Shown here: positions 7,284-17,999 of the stretch, piece after piece
Layout: every line of letters starts with the position of its first letter
How positions within the stretch are numbered: the first letter of the stretch is position 1
Origin: Candidatus Uhrbacteria bacterium
GTDB taxonomy: Bacteria; Patescibacteriota; Patescibacteriia; SG8-24
Direction: 5' to 3'
DNA length: 55,876 nucleotides
NCBI GenBank assembly: GCA_016205965.1
Contig: JACQSM010000069.1
Coordinates: 1 to 55,876, forward strand
Made by a program: the position numbers and the translations under genes
Notes under the pieces: model-generated
Database searches by the model: none
Told to the model about the DNA's origin: nothing
The model's input: only the letters and a program-made list of their open reading frames with translations

Positions 7284-10012
7284 CCCCTCCAAACTTTCTC
7301 GATATCGGCGCCGCCGGCGAATCGGCGCCGCGGGAAGATGCCGCCGGCCAACCGCCGGCGATCCGACCGTCGGCGGATGCATCGTCGCTTGCCTTGCGAC
7401 TGACCACGGACATCGACGCCAAGGGGAGCCTGCAAGCCGGCCCCGACGGCAAGCCGCAGTTCACGGGGAGTCTCCATATCTCGAAGTCGAACATCATCGA
7501 ATTCCCGGAAGGCGTTCGAGAAGCGGAGGAGTTGGCCAAGCTCCTCCAAAAGACGCTGAACATGGGCGCGATTCTCGAGAAGGCGGGCGCTCTTGAGCCG
7601 GAAGTCCGGCCGATGGCGCTGCCGTCCGCACCGTCAGCTTCGGCCGCCGCCGTGCCGCCGGCCCGCGCGGAGGAGTGTCGCGTCACCTTCAACGTCTTCG
7701 GCATGCACTGCGCCAGCTGCGCCGGCCTCATCGAGCGCAAGGTGAGGAAGGTGCCCGGCGTGAAGGAGGTCAACGTGAATTTCGGCGCTGAGAAAGCGCG
7801 GGTCGTCTTCGCTGGCGGCATTGCCAGTGAAGAGAAGATCAAGGCGGCGGTGAAAGCCGCCGGCTATCGCGCCGAGGTCGCGGACCAGAAGGATCGCGAG
7901 TTCGAACGGAAGAAACGGGCCGAAGAGGTCGCATCCTATAAGAAACGGTTCCTGGTCGGCCTCGTCTTCAGCATCCCGCTCGCGTACTTCATGCTGCTCG
8001 ACTTCTTCGGGTGGATGCCGTTCCGCCAGGCGGTCCTGCCGCGCATGGGCTTCGTTTCGCTTCTGCTCGCGCTGCCGGTCCAATTCATCCTCGGCGCCGG
8101 CTTTTACAAGGGGATGTGGTCGAGCCTGAAGATGAAGACGTTCAACATGGACAGCCTCATCGCCATCGGCACGAGCACGGCCTTCGTCTACAGCCTGTAT
8201 GAGTTCGTCCGTTATGTGGCGAAAGCCGGCACCGTCTGGGCGCCGATGGGCGCGAAGATTCCCGATCTCTACTTCGAGATCGGCGCGTTCCTCATCACCT
8301 TCGTGCTCATGGGCAAATGGCTGGAATCGAAGGCGAAGGGCAGGACGAGCGCGGCCATCGAGAAGCTCATGGGCCTCCAGGCCAAGACCGCCCGGGTCAT
8401 CCGAGGCGCGGCCACGATCGACATCCCGGTCGATCAGGTGGTCGAGGGCGATACGATCGTCGTCCGTCCGGGCGAGAAGATCCCGGTCGATGGCGCCGTG
8501 ACCAAGGGATTTTCCTCGGTCGATGAGTCGATGCTGACGGGCGAAAGCATCCCGGTCGAAAAGAAAGAAGGGGACGCGGTGATCGGTTCGACCATCAACA
8601 AGAACGGCAGCTTCGAGTTCAAGGCGACCAAGGTCGGATCGGAGACCGCGCTCGCCCAGATCATCCGCCTCATCGAGGACGCGCAGGGATCGAAGGCTCC
8701 GATCCAGGCGGTCGCCGACCGCATCTCCGCCTGGTTCGTGCCGGCGGTCATCGGCATCGCCGCCCTGACGTTCGTCGTCTGGTACTTCGTCATCGGCGCG
8801 TCGCTCACTTATGCGCTCCTGGCCTTCGTGTCGGTCATCGTCATCGCCTGCCCCTGCGCGCTCGGTCTCGGAACGCCGACGGCGGTGATGGTCGGCACCG
8901 GCAAGGGCGCCGAGTACGGCATCCTCATCAAGGGCGGCGAACCGCTCGAGGCCGCGTCGAAGGTGAATGCGGTCGTCTTCGACAAGACCGGCACGCTCAC
9001 CAAGGGGAAACCGGAGGTGACCGACATCGTTTCCCTCTCCCAACTGGATGAGGACGACATCCTCGGCCTCGCCGGCAGCCTCGAAAAGTCGTCGGAGCAC
9101 CCGCTGGCGGAAAGCATCTACGAGTACGCCGTCCAGGAGAACGCGCCCTGCGCCGAAGTCACCGACTTCCACGCCGTTCCCGGACACGGCGTCGTCGGCA
9201 AGATCGGCGGCGAGGAATTCCATCTCGGCAACCGCAAACTGATGGCCCAGCTCGGCCTCGACGTGAGCAAGGTCGAACGGAAGCTGCAGCGGCTGGAAGA
9301 GGCCGGAAAAACGGCGATGCTGCTTGCCACCAAGGAGTGCATCATCGGCATCGTGGCGGCGGCCGACACGCTCAAGGATACGTCCCTCGAGGCCGTGCAG
9401 CGGCTCCAAAAGATGAACGTGGCCGTGTACATGATTACCGGCGACAATCAGCGGACGGCGGCCGCCATCGCCAAGCAGATCGGCATCGTCAACGTGCTGG
9501 CCGAGGTGCTGCCGCAAGACAAGGCGCACGAAGTCCGCAAGCTGCAGGAGCAGGGCTTCAAGGTCGCCATGGTCGGCGACGGCATCAACGACAGTCCGGC
9601 GCTGGCCCAGGCCGACGTCGGCATCGCCATGGGCAGCGGCACGGACGTCGCCATGGAAACCGGCGGCATCGTCATCATCAAGAACGACCTTCGCGACGTC
9701 ATCGGCGCGATCCGTTTGAGCAAGTCGACGATGCGAAAGGTGCGGCAGAACCTGTTCTTCGCTCTGTTCTACAACGTCATCGGCATCCCCGTCGCCGCCC
9801 GGCTCTTCGCCGTCTGGAACATCGTGCTCCGGCCGGAACTGGCGGGGCTTGCCATGGTGTTCAGTTCGGTGTCGGTGATCTCGAACTCGCTGCTGCTCAA
9901 GCGGTTCCATCCGCACAAGCGCGATTGGCTGTCGGATCTCGCGCCGGCGTTCATGACCGCCGTATTCACGCTGGTCTTCGCCGGATTCGCTAAATTGAGC
10001 GGGAAGGCCTGA
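7280..10012 (+). CDS. copA: Copper-translocating P1B-type ATPase (CPC type)
   Basis: HMA motif [18 protein letters not shown]6 motif [18 protein letters not shown] and [10 protein letters not shown]. The ATG overlaps the copZ stop as ATGA. A start at 7280 implies about 135 aa of non-canonical N-terminus. The internal Met at 7613 is an alternative start. Confidence 0.9.
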   Translation: MTPPNFLDIGAAGESAPREDAAGQPPAIRPSADASSLALRLTTDIDAKGSLQAGPDGKPQFTGSLHISKSNIIEFPEGVREAEELAKLLQKTLNMGAILEKAGALEPEVRPMALPSAPSASAAAVPPARAEECRVTFNVFGMHCASCAGLIERKVRKVPGVKEVNVNFGAEKARVVFAGGIASEEKIKAAVKAAGYRAEVADQKDREFERKKRAEEVASYKKRFLVGLVFSIPLAYFMLLDFFGWMPFRQAVLPRMGFVSLLLALPVQFILGAGFYKGMWSSLKMKTFNMDSLIAIGTSTAFVYSLYEFVRYVAKAGTVWAPMGAKIPDLYFEIGAFLITFVLMGKWLESKAKGRTSAAIEKLMGLQAKTARVIRGAATIDIPVDQVVEGDTIVVRPGEKIPVDGAVTKGFSSVDESMLTGESIPVEKKEGDAVIGSTINKNGSFEFKATKVGSETALAQIIRLIEDAQGSKAPIQAVADRISAWFVPAVIGIAALTFVVWYFVIGASLTYALLAFVSVIVIACPCALGLGTPTAVMVGTGKGAEYGILIKGGEPLEAASKVNAVVFDKTGTLTKGKPEVTDIVSLSQLDEDDILGLAGSLEKSSEHPLAESIYEYAVQENAPCAEVTDFHAVPGHGVVGKIGGEEFHLGNRKLMAQLGLDVSKVERKLQRLEEAGKTAMLLATKECIIGIVAAADTLKDTSLEAVQRLQKMNVAVYMITGDNQRTAAAIAKQIGIVNVLAEVLPQDKAHEVRKLQEQGFKVAMVGDGINDSPALAQADVGIAMGSGTDVAMETGGIVIIKNDLRDVIGAIRLSKSTMRKVRQNLFFALFYNVIGIPVAARLFAVWNIVLRPELAGLAMVFSSVSVISNSLLLKRFHPHKRDWLSDLAPAFMTAVFTLVFAGFAKLSGKA

Positions 10013-10031
10013 ACGCAGTCCATTACGGTGC

Positions 10032-10061
10032 GCGACGGCCGGACCTCACGCCGGCCGTCGC
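10032..10061 (+). other. 11-bp perfect GC-rich stem-loop after copA, without a U-tract
   Basis: gcgacggccgg / ccggccgtcgc with an 8-nt loop. No T-run follows, so terminator function is uncertain. Confidence 0.35.
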
Positions 10062-10085
10062 GTCGTATCTCCGAGGTGCTGAATC

Positions 10086-10094
10086 TGCTAAACT
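10086..10094 (+). promoter_or_regulatory. Extended -10 element TGCTAAACT, 9 nt upstream of the ATG at 10104
   Basis: Lies within GAATCTGCTAAA (10081-10092), identical to 2375-2386. The spacing to the ATG is also identical. Confidence 0.45.
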
Positions 10095-10103
10095 ATAGTG
10101 CGT

Positions 10104-12230
10104 ATGCCCAGTTATACCTGTCCGATGCATCCCGAGATACGACGCGACGCTCCCGGGCTCTGCCCGGAGTGCGGCATGCGGCTGCTGCCGGAGAAAGCCG
10201 AATCCGAACCTCATGGCGGACACGGCGGCATGAAGATGCCGGACGGAGTCGCGCCGCCGGGCAAGCATGAAGGTCATTCGCTCGCGATCTTCGCGCGGAA
10301 GTTTTGGGTGTCATTGTTTTTGACGCTGCCGGTGGTTCTTCAGTCGGGATTGTGGCAGAAGATTTCCGGGCGGCCGTTCCCGTCATTTCCGGGTTCGGCC
10401 TTTTTTCCGTTCGCCCTGGGCTCGATAATTTTTTTCTATGGCGGTTGGGTGTTCCTCCAAGGAGCGTTGCGCGAAGTTCGCGCCCGTCTGCCGGGCATGA
10501 TGACGCTCATCGCCATCGCCATTTCCGCGGCGTATGCCTATAGCGTCTACGCGACGTTCTCGGGCAAGAGCGGCGACCTCTACTGGGAGCTGACGACGCT
10601 CATCACCGTCATGCTGCTCGGCCATTGGCTGGAGATGCGGGCGGTGCAGAGCACGCAGGGCGCGCTCAAGGAACTTTCGAAGTTATTGCCGGACACGGTC
10701 GAGGTGGTGAGGAACGGCAAACCGGAGATCGTCGAACTTTCGGAATTGCGGGAGGGCGATCTTTTCATCGTGCGGCCGGGAGGCAAGGTGGCCGCCGACG
10801 GTGTCGTCGCCGAGGGCAAGACGGAATTGGACGAGTCCATGGTCACGGGCGAGTCGCGGCCGGTGCGCAAGGGAGTCGGGAGCGAAGTGATCGCCGGCAC
10901 GGTCAACGGAGACGGATCGCTCACTGTTCGAGTCACGAAGATCGGCGAAAAGACGTTTTTGGCCGGCGTCATGCGCCTCGTCGCCGAAGCGCAGGCCTCG
11001 AAATCGCGGCTGCAGATCCTTTCCGACCGCGCCGCCCAGGTCCTCACGGTGATCGCCGTCGGCGGCGGGTTTCTCACGCTGACCGCGTGGCTGTTCGTCG
11101 CCGAACCCGGCTACGCCGTCGAACGCATGGTCGCGGTGCTGGTCATCGCCTGTCCGCACGCCTTGGGCCTCGCCGTGCCGCTCGTCGCTTCGATCTCGAC
11201 CATGCTCGCCGCCAAGAACGGGTTTTTGGTCAAACAGCGGCTCGCCCTCGAGGCCGCCAAGGATGTCGACGTCGTTCTCTTCGATAAAACGGGCACCTTG
11301 ACCAAGGGGGCTTATGGAGTCGATCGCGTCTGGAATTTTTCCGGCGCGGATACGGCGGAAGTGTTGCGCCTCGCCGCCGCCGTCGACGGTCCTTCCGAAC
11401 ACGTCATCGCCAAAGCGATCGCGGCCAAGGCGCGGCAGGACGGCATCAGTGTCCAATCCGTTTCCGATTTTTCGCGAGTCCCCGGCAAGGGCGTGAAAGG
11501 CATCGTCGCCGGCGAGGAAATTTCCGCCGGCGGCCGGGCGCTGCTTGAACAGCGCGAAGGCGCCGTCCCGGGGCGCTACGGGACGGAGATCGACGCTGAA
11601 AATAAGAAAGGGAAGACCGTCGTCTACGTGCTGAAGGGTGGGCAACCGTTCGGCGCGATCGCCCTGGCGGACGTCATCCGCGAGGAGTCGCGACAGGCGG
11701 TCGCCGATCTCAAGAACATGGGCCTCAAGGTCGCCATGATCACCGGCGATTCCGAGGACGTGGCCGCCTGGGTGGCCGGGGAGCTCGGCATCGATGAGGT
11801 TTTCGCCAAAGTCCTGCCGGAAAAGAAGGCTGAAAAAGTGAAATTGCTGCAGCAAAAAGGGCAAAAGGTGGCGATGGTCGGCGACGGCATCAATGACGCG
11901 CCCGCGCTGACGCAGGCGGACCTCGGCATCGCCATCGGCGCCGGCACGAACGTCGCCATCGAATCCGCCGGCATCATTTTGGTGAGGAACGATCCGCGCG
12001 ATATCCCCAAGATCATCACGCTTTCGCGTCGCACCTACGCGAAGATGATCCAGAACATCCTCTGGGCGTCGGGCTACAACATCGTCGCCCTGCCGCTTGC
12101 TGCCGGCGCGCTCGCCTTCAAGGGCATCGTGCTGCAGCCGGCCTGGTCGGCGGTTTTCATGTCGCTCTCCACGGTCATCGTCGCGGTCAACGCCATGGCG
12201 CTGCGGAAAGCGAAATTGGGGCGGGAGTGA
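10104..12230 (+). CDS. copB: Heavy-metal P1B-type ATPase, CPH (CopB-like) subtype, with N-terminal CPMHPE metal-binding zinc-ribbon-like domain
   Basis: [24 protein letters not shown] at the N-terminus, then a His-rich stretch HGGHGG..HEGH. TGES, TM motif [18 protein letters not shown] and [10 protein letters not shown] are present. The track ORF starts at GTG 10098; the ATG at 10104 is preferred. Confidence 0.9.
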   Translation: MPSYTCPMHPEIRRDAPGLCPECGMRLLPEKAESEPHGGHGGMKMPDGVAPPGKHEGHSLAIFARKFWVSLFLTLPVVLQSGLWQKISGRPFPSFPGSAFFPFALGSIIFFYGGWVFLQGALREVRARLPGMMTLIAIAISAAYAYSVYATFSGKSGDLYWELTTLITVMLLGHWLEMRAVQSTQGALKELSKLLPDTVEVVRNGKPEIVELSELREGDLFIVRPGGKVAADGVVAEGKTELDESMVTGESRPVRKGVGSEVIAGTVNGDGSLTVRVTKIGEKTFLAGVMRLVAEAQASKSRLQILSDRAAQVLTVIAVGGGFLTLTAWLFVAEPGYAVERMVAVLVIACPHALGLAVPLVASISTMLAAKNGFLVKQRLALEAAKDVDVVLFDKTGTLTKGAYGVDRVWNFSGADTAEVLRLAAAVDGPSEHVIAKAIAAKARQDGISVQSVSDFSRVPGKGVKGIVAGEEISAGGRALLEQREGAVPGRYGTEIDAENKKGKTVVYVLKGGQPFGAIALADVIREESRQAVADLKNMGLKVAMITGDSEDVAAWVAGELGIDEVFAKVLPEKKAEKVKLLQQKGQKVAMVGDGINDAPALTQADLGIAIGAGTNVAIESAGIILVRNDPRDIPKIITLSRRTYAKMIQNILWASGYNIVALPLAAGALAFKGIVLQPAWSAVFMSLSTVIVAVNAMALRKAKLGRE

Positions 12231-12330
12231 CGGCGGTTTTTTAAGCAGGCCTTTGTCTTTACATTCCGCCAAAACAGCAGTACCGTAGGCCGGCACCCTG
12301 AAAATTTACACGCGTGCAGAGGAGAGTGAG

Positions 12331-14952
12331 ATGGATACGACGCAGAAGCAACGAGAGATTTTGCCGACCGGCGTGAGGCCGTTGCGGTATACCCTGGACC
12401 TGACGCCGGACATCGAGAACGGCAAGTTCTCGGGAACGGTCGACATCGACCTCCGGGTTCGCGAGACGACGACGCAGATCGTCCTCAATGCGGCCGATCT
12501 GGTCATCACCGGGCTCATCCGCCAGAACGGTCAGGTCCAACCGGTCACGGCGACGTATGACGCGGCAGCTGGTCGGGCGACGCTCGCCTTCGGACGCCCG
12601 CTCGACCCAGGATTGCCGACCTTGTTGCACCTCGCCTTCGAGGGCAGCTTGAACGACACCCTCTCGGGCTTCTACAAGAGCGAGTACGTGTTGCCCGACG
12701 GCACCAAGCGCGCCATGGCCACGACCCAGTTCGAGCCGGCGCATGCGCGTCGGGCGTTCCCGTGCTGGGACGAACCGGCCGTCAAAGCCGTGTTCCGTGT
12801 CAGCATGACGGTGCCCGACCGCCTCGTCGCCGTCTCCAACGGCCGCGTCTTGAGAGAGACGCCGCTCCGCGACGGCAGCGGCAGGAAGCTCGTTGAATTC
12901 GAGGACACGCCGGTCATGTCGACCTATCTGCTGGCGTTCATCGCCGGCGATCTGGAGTGCGTCAGCGCCAGGACGCCGGACGGCGTCGATGTCGGCGTCT
13001 GGGCGACGCCTGGCAAAAAAGACCAGTGCGAATTCGCGCTCGGCGTCGCCACCCGATGTCTGGAGTACTACGCCGATTATTTCGGCGCCTCCTATCAGCT
13101 GCCGAAGATGGATCTCCTGGCCATTCCGGATTTTTCCGCCGGCGCCATGGAGAACTGGGGCGCGATCACCTTTCGCGAAACCTCGCTGCTCGTCGACCCG
13201 GTGAATTCGTCGCAGGCCGCGCGGCAGCGGGTCGCCGAGGTCGTGGCCCATGAGATCGCGCATCAGTGGTTCGGCAATCTCGTCACCATGGAGTGGTGGA
13301 ACGACCTCTGGCTCAACGAAAGTTTCGCCACCTGGATCGCCGCCAAGGCCGTGGACGAGATGTTTCCAGAGTGGGAAGTCTGGCCGCAGTTCGTCGCCGA
13401 CGACATGTCGAGCGGGCTTCGGCTCGACGGCCTCCGCAGCTCGCATCCGATCGACGTCGAGGTCGCCAAGGCGGAAGAGATCGATGAGATCTTCGATGTC
13501 ATCAGCTACAGCAAGGGCGGCGCGGTGCTGCGTATGCTCGAGAACTTCCTTTCCGAAGAGAAGTTCCGGGACGGTCTGCGCCTCTACATGAGCCGCCATG
13601 CCTACGGCAACACGCGCGCTCAAGATCTCTGGCAGGCGCTGGCCGAAGCCGCGGCCGATCCGCATCTGGCGGAGATGATGCGGTCCTGGACTCGGCAGAC
13701 GGGCTATCCGACGATCGATGTCGCCTCTGATCCGGCAGCGCCCGAGGCCGGGCTGTGTCTCCGGCAGTCCCGCTTCTGTTACGCTGCCGGACACGCCGAC
13801 GACCAACAGTTCTGGCTGGTCCCTGTCGGACTTGCCGAAGGGGGCGCGGCCGGCCGGCATGGTCCGGCCATCCTCCATCGCCTCGGGGATAAGAGCCTCA
13901 AGGTGCCCAAGCCGGGCGGTGCATCCGGTGCCGGAGCGTGGCTGCATGCCAACGCCGGCCGAACCGGATTTTATCGCGTCAATTACGACGCCGACGGCTG
14001 GCGCAGGCTCATCGATGCCGTCCGGGCCGGTCACGGCCTGACGACCGAGGAGCGCTTCGGTCTCCAGGACGACGCCTTCGCCCTCTCGCTTGCCGGCATC
14101 ACGCCGGCGACGACGTTCCTCGACCTGGCCGCCGCCTACGAAAACGAACAGGCCTACGCGGTCTGGTCCGGACTCGCCGACGGTCTCCGGGAGATGCGCC
14201 TGCTCATCGGCCGCGAGGCCGGCGTCAGCGACGGATACGGCAATCTGGCGCGCGAGCTTTTCGCACCGCTCGCCGTCCGGATCGGCTGGAATCGCCGGCC
14301 CGACGACAAACCGTCCGACATCCTGCTCCGCAGCCTGGCGCTGCATGAGGCCGGCCGTTACGGCGATCAGGCCGTGGCCGAGGAAGCGCTGCGGCGTTTC
14401 ACGAAGGTCGCGGACGGCGACGCCGGCGATCCCGACGTCCGCTCGGCGATCTATCGGCTGGCGGTGAAAGCCGGCGGCCTCCAGGGCTATGAAAAGCTTC
14501 TCGGGCTGTACCGTTCGTCGACGCTCCAGGAGGAAAAGATGCGCCTGTTCTCGGCGCTCGCCTGGTGCGAAACCGAGGATCTGCTCCAACGGACGCTGGA
14601 GTTCTCGCTGACGCCGGAGGTCAGAAGGCAGGACGCCTTCTACGGCTTCAGCGGAGTCGCGGCCAACCCGCGCGGCAAGGTCATGGCCTGGCAGTACCTC
14701 AAGCTGCGCTGGGATGATCTCCGCGATATCTACCGGACCAATATCGGCATGCTCGGCTACTTCGTCGATGCGGTGACCGGCGGTCTGTCGACGCCGGAAG
14801 ACCAGGCCGACGTCAAGGCGTTCTTCACCCGGCATCAGGCGTCGGCCCTCTCCCGGACCATCGATCAGGCGCTCGAACAGATCGGCATCAACGTCGCCTG
14901 GCGAGAGAAGAATCTCGCCCAGCTCGCGCGGCGATTCGACATCCGCAGCTGA
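12331..14952 (+). CDS. pepN: M1-family aminopeptidase (aminopeptidase N-like)
   Basis: GAMENWG exopeptidase motif and HEIAHQWFGNLVTMEWWNDLWLNESFA (HExxH-18-E). A long helical C-terminal domain follows. GAGGAG sits upstream of the ATG. Confidence 0.92.
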   Translation: MDTTQKQREILPTGVRPLRYTLDLTPDIENGKFSGTVDIDLRVRETTTQIVLNAADLVITGLIRQNGQVQPVTATYDAAAGRATLAFGRPLDPGLPTLLHLAFEGSLNDTLSGFYKSEYVLPDGTKRAMATTQFEPAHARRAFPCWDEPAVKAVFRVSMTVPDRLVAVSNGRVLRETPLRDGSGRKLVEFEDTPVMSTYLLAFIAGDLECVSARTPDGVDVGVWATPGKKDQCEFALGVATRCLEYYADYFGASYQLPKMDLLAIPDFSAGAMENWGAITFRETSLLVDPVNSSQAARQRVAEVVAHEIAHQWFGNLVTMEWWNDLWLNESFATWIAAKAVDEMFPEWEVWPQFVADDMSSGLRLDGLRSSHPIDVEVAKAEEIDEIFDVISYSKGGAVLRMLENFLSEEKFRDGLRLYMSRHAYGNTRAQDLWQALAEAAADPHLAEMMRSWTRQTGYPTIDVASDPAAPEAGLCLRQSRFCYAAGHADDQQFWLVPVGLAEGGAAGRHGPAILHRLGDKSLKVPKPGGASGAGAWLHANAGRTGFYRVNYDADGWRRLIDAVRAGHGLTTEERFGLQDDAFALSLAGITPATTFLDLAAAYENEQAYAVWSGLADGLREMRLLIGREAGVSDGYGNLARELFAPLAVRIGWNRRPDDKPSDILLRSLALHEAGRYGDQAVAEEALRRFTKVADGDAGDPDVRSAIYRLAVKAGGLQGYEKLLGLYRSSTLQEEKMRLFSALAWCETEDLLQRTLEFSLTPEVRRQDAFYGFSGVAANPRGKVMAWQYLKLRWDDLRDIYRTNIGMLGYFVDAVTGGLSTPEDQADVKAFFTRHQASALSRTIDQALEQIGINVAWREKNLAQLARRFDIRS

Positions 14953-14974
14953 CCGCTAATAGCGGTCTTTTTTT
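14951..14974 (+). terminator. Intrinsic terminator after pepN
   Basis: Short stem accgct / agcggt, followed by ctttttttat. Confidence 0.6.
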
Positions 14975-15107
14975 ATCCGGTCACGGGATGCTGGCGCCGC
15001 ATGGCCTGGCGGCGAAACGGATGCTACCATGACAACGCTTCCGCAGTTGACGCCGAAGCATGCCGGGTGATAAGCCACCCACGCCGCTATTATTCCGACG
15101 CCATATT

Positions 15108-16643
15108 ATGACCCAAGACCAGGCCCTGGCCATCATGAAATCCGGTGCCAACGTCTTCCTGACCGGAGAGCCGGGCGCCGGGAAAACGCACACCGTTAAC
15201 CGCTACGTCGACTATCTGCGGCAGCACGGCATCGAGCCGGCCCTGACCGCCTCGACCGGCATCGCCGCGACCCATATTTCGGGCATGACCGTCCATTCCT
15301 GGTCCGGCATCGGCATCGCCGCCGAACTGTCGCCCTACGATCTCGATCGCATTTCGGGCAATGAGCGCATCTACAAGCGCCTGTCCAAAGCCAAGGTGCT
15401 GATCGTCGACGAGATCTCGATGCTCGACGCCCGGACGCTCGGCATGGTCGACCAAGTTTGCCGCGCCGTCCGGCGGAACCACCTGGCCTTCGGCGGCCTG
15501 CAGACCGTTTTCGTCGGCGATTTTTTTCAGCTGCCGCCGGTCGCCCGCGAAGGGCGCGGCGCCCAATTCGCTTTTCGTTCATCGGCCTGGGCCAAGCTCC
15601 AGCCGACCGTATGCTACCTGTCCGAGCAGTACCGCCAGGACGACCCGGCGTATCTGTCGGTGCTCACGGCGATCCGTTCGAACGACGTCCGTCAGGAACA
15701 CGTCGGCGCGCTCGAGTCGCGGGCCGCCTCGCGCGCCGGCGCCGGCCAGGACGTCGTCAAACTTTTTTCGCACAACATCGACGTCGACCGGATCAACGAC
15801 AGGGAGCTGGCCAAGCTCGAGGCCAAGGAACGGTCGTTCTCGATGTCTGCCAAGGGTCCGGCGCATCTCATCGACACGCTCAAGCGGAGCTGCTTGTCGC
15901 CCGAGGCACTCCGGCTCAAACCGGGAGCGGCGGTGATGTTCACCAGGAACAACCAGCCGGCCGGCTTCGTCAACGGGACGCTCGGCACGGTCGTCGGCTT
16001 CGACCACGACACCGGGTTCCCGAAAGTCAGGACTCGGCACGGCAGCGTCATCACCGCCGAGCCGATGGACTGGAAGATCGAGGACCAGGGCCAAGCCTTG
16101 GCCGCCGTCCAGCAGGTACCGCTGCGTTTGGCTTGGGCCATGACCATCCACAAGAGCCAGGGCATGAGCCTCGACGCCGCCGTCATGGATCTCGGATCGG
16201 CCTTCGAGTACGGCCAAGGGTACGTGGCGCTCTCGCGCGTCCGGCGTTTGTCGGGACTATTCCTGCTGGGCTGCAATCGGCGGGCGCTGGAGGTGCATCC
16301 GGAAATTTTGGAGGAAGATCGCGAGCTGCGGCTGATGTCGCAAGCCGCCGAATCGGAGTTCGGGACGATGGCCGGCGACGAGCGCGACGACATCGAACGC
16401 CGCTTCATCGAGGCCTGCGGCGGCAGGATCGCGGCCGAGGCCGAAAAGAAGAAAAGTTTTTCGGTCGAAGACGTGCGCAAATCCCATCCCAAGGCCTACT
16501 CGCGCTGGTCGCCCGAAGAAGAACAGAAATTGGTCGCGATGTTCAAGGACGGCCGGGCCGTCAAAGAGATCGCCCGGCAGCTCGATCGAAAACGCGGCGG
16601 CATCACCGCCCGCCTCAAAAAGCTCGGACTCATCGAATCGTAG
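15108..16643 (+). CDS. Pif1/RecD-family ATP-dependent DNA helicase with C-terminal HTH
   Basis: Walker A GEPGAGKTH, Walker B LIVDEISM, FVGDFFQLPPV and MTIHKSQGMS. The C-terminus reads WSPEEEQKLVAMFKDGRAVKEIARQLDRKRGGITARLKKLGL. Start trimmed to MTQDQ. Confidence 0.85.
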   Translation: MTQDQALAIMKSGANVFLTGEPGAGKTHTVNRYVDYLRQHGIEPALTASTGIAATHISGMTVHSWSGIGIAAELSPYDLDRISGNERIYKRLSKAKVLIVDEISMLDARTLGMVDQVCRAVRRNHLAFGGLQTVFVGDFFQLPPVAREGRGAQFAFRSSAWAKLQPTVCYLSEQYRQDDPAYLSVLTAIRSNDVRQEHVGALESRAASRAGAGQDVVKLFSHNIDVDRINDRELAKLEAKERSFSMSAKGPAHLIDTLKRSCLSPEALRLKPGAAVMFTRNNQPAGFVNGTLGTVVGFDHDTGFPKVRTRHGSVITAEPMDWKIEDQGQALAAVQQVPLRLAWAMTIHKSQGMSLDAAVMDLGSAFEYGQGYVALSRVRRLSGLFLLGCNRRALEVHPEILEEDRELRLMSQAAESEFGTMAGDERDDIERRFIEACGGRIAAEAEKKKSFSVEDVRKSHPKAYSRWSPEEEQKLVAMFKDGRAVKEIARQLDRKRGGITARLKKLGLIES

Positions 16644-16647
16644 CGGC

Positions 16648-17889
16648 TCATGCCGCGGCGATGCTGGCGCCGGCCAGGCGTCCGGTCGCCCAGGACGCCT
16701 GCAGGTTGAAACCGCCGGTGAAACCGTCGATGTCGAGAATTTCACCGGCGAAAAACAGGCCCGGGCGGATTTTCGATTCCATGGTCGAGGGATTGACTTC
16801 CTTGAGCGTCACGCCGCCGGCGGTCACGAATTCGTCGCCGGCCCCGCGCTGGATGACGGTGAGCGGGATCGCCTTGAGCCAGGCGGCGCCGCGGGCGATC
16901 TCTTTTTTGGAAACTTCGGCGCCGCGTTTTTTGCCCGGCAGCGCCGCTTCGGCGACGCAGATTTCGGCCAGCGATTTCGGGACCAGCGCCGCGATGACGT
17001 TTTGAAAAATTTTACCGGCGCCGGCGGAGATCTGTTTTTGGATTTCGGCGGCCAAGGCATCTTGATGCAGATCGGGGAAGAGGTCGATGGAAATTTCGAG
17101 AGGTACCGAAGCATCGTATCGCTCGAAGGCGACCAACGACGACAGTGCGAAAACCGCCGGACCGCTGACGCCGCGATGGGTGAAGAGGAACGGGCCGGTG
17201 AAAGAAATGCCTTTGCCGCGCTTGGCGGTTATCTTGGACCGCTCGAACGACAAGCCGGACACGTCGGCCGGCCAGCGTTCGCGGGTGAAGAAGGCGTTGA
17301 GGCTCGGCGCCAGGGGAGTAAGCGTGTGGCCCAGCGACAAAGCGAAGGCATAGCCGTCGCCGGTCGAGCCGGTGTGGCGGTAGGCCTGGCCACCGGTCGT
17401 CAAAACCGCCTTGTCGACCAGGAGCGGCTCCAGCATGCTCTTCATGCGGATTGCGAAGCCGCCTTCGGGCCGCCGCTCGATGCCGGTGACGTCGGCGCGC
17501 AGCATTACCCGAACCGAAGAGTCCGTAAAGAGGTTTTCAAAAACCCGAACCACGTCGCGGCCGTCGTCGGAACGCGGAAAAACGCGCAGGTCTTCCTCGG
17601 TTTTGAGCGGCACGCCGCGGGCCTCGAACCAGTCGTACGCCGCCTCGGGCGGAAATGCGTACATCGCCGACGATAAAAACTTCGATCCGCGCGGATACTT
17701 CGTCAGCACCGTCCGGATGTCGCGGATGCCGGTCGTCACGTTGCAGCGGCCGCCGCCCGAGATGATCACCTTCTTGCCCAAACCGTCGTTCCGTTCGAGC
17801 AAAAAGACCTCCGCCGAGGGATCGGCGGCGTGGATGGTCGCGGCAGTCATGAGTCCGGCGGCCCCGCCGCCGATGATCGCTGTGCGCAT
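16648..17889 (-). CDS. HI0933/BaiN-like NAD(P)/FAD-dependent oxidoreductase
   Basis: MRTAIIGGGAAGLM dinucleotide fold, ISGGGRCNVT motif and C-terminal FAGEILDIDGFTGGFNLQ. Confidence 0.85.
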   Translation of the reverse strand: MRTAIIGGGAAGLMTAATIHAADPSAEVFLLERNDGLGKKVIISGGGRCNVTTGIRDIRTVLTKYPRGSKFLSSAMYAFPPEAAYDWFEARGVPLKTEEDLRVFPRSDDGRDVVRVFENLFTDSSVRVMLRADVTGIERRPEGGFAIRMKSMLEPLLVDKAVLTTGGQAYRHTGSTGDGYAFALSLGHTLTPLAPSLNAFFTRERWPADVSGLSFERSKITAKRGKGISFTGPFLFTHRGVSGPAVFALSSLVAFERYDASVPLEISIDLFPDLHQDALAAEIQKQISAGAGKIFQNVIAALVPKSLAEICVAEAALPGKKRGAEVSKKEIARGAAWLKAIPLTVIQRGAGDEFVTAGGVTLKEVNPSTMESKIRPGLFFAGEILDIDGFTGGFNLQASWATGRLAGASIAAA

Positions 17890-17999
17890 AGCCGATAGGT
17901 ATAGCACGGCCGGGCCGTTTTTTCAAGCTTGCGCGCCGGCTTCGAGCGGCGTCTGTCGATCTTCCCGCAATCGGCCGTTTCGGGTATCGTTTGGTCGTT

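Noticed and set aside
7634-12296. 760-aa (7634..9916) and 537-aa (10683..12296) minus-strand ORFs
   Set aside because: They are antisense to the two P-type ATPase genes, whose TGES/CPx/DKTGT motifs fix the real frame.
12259-14835. 858-aa ORF on the minus strand
   Set aside because: It is entirely antisense to the M1 aminopeptidase gene, which has unambiguous GAMEN/HExxH motifs. The translation is Arg/Gly/Ala/Asp-rich low-complexity sequence, typical of shadow frames in about 65% GC DNA.
15458-17005. 515-aa + strand ORF in an alternative frame
   Set aside because: It overlaps the Pif1-like helicase out of frame and continues antisense into the flavoprotein gene. It is Arg/Pro/Gly-rich with no motifs.
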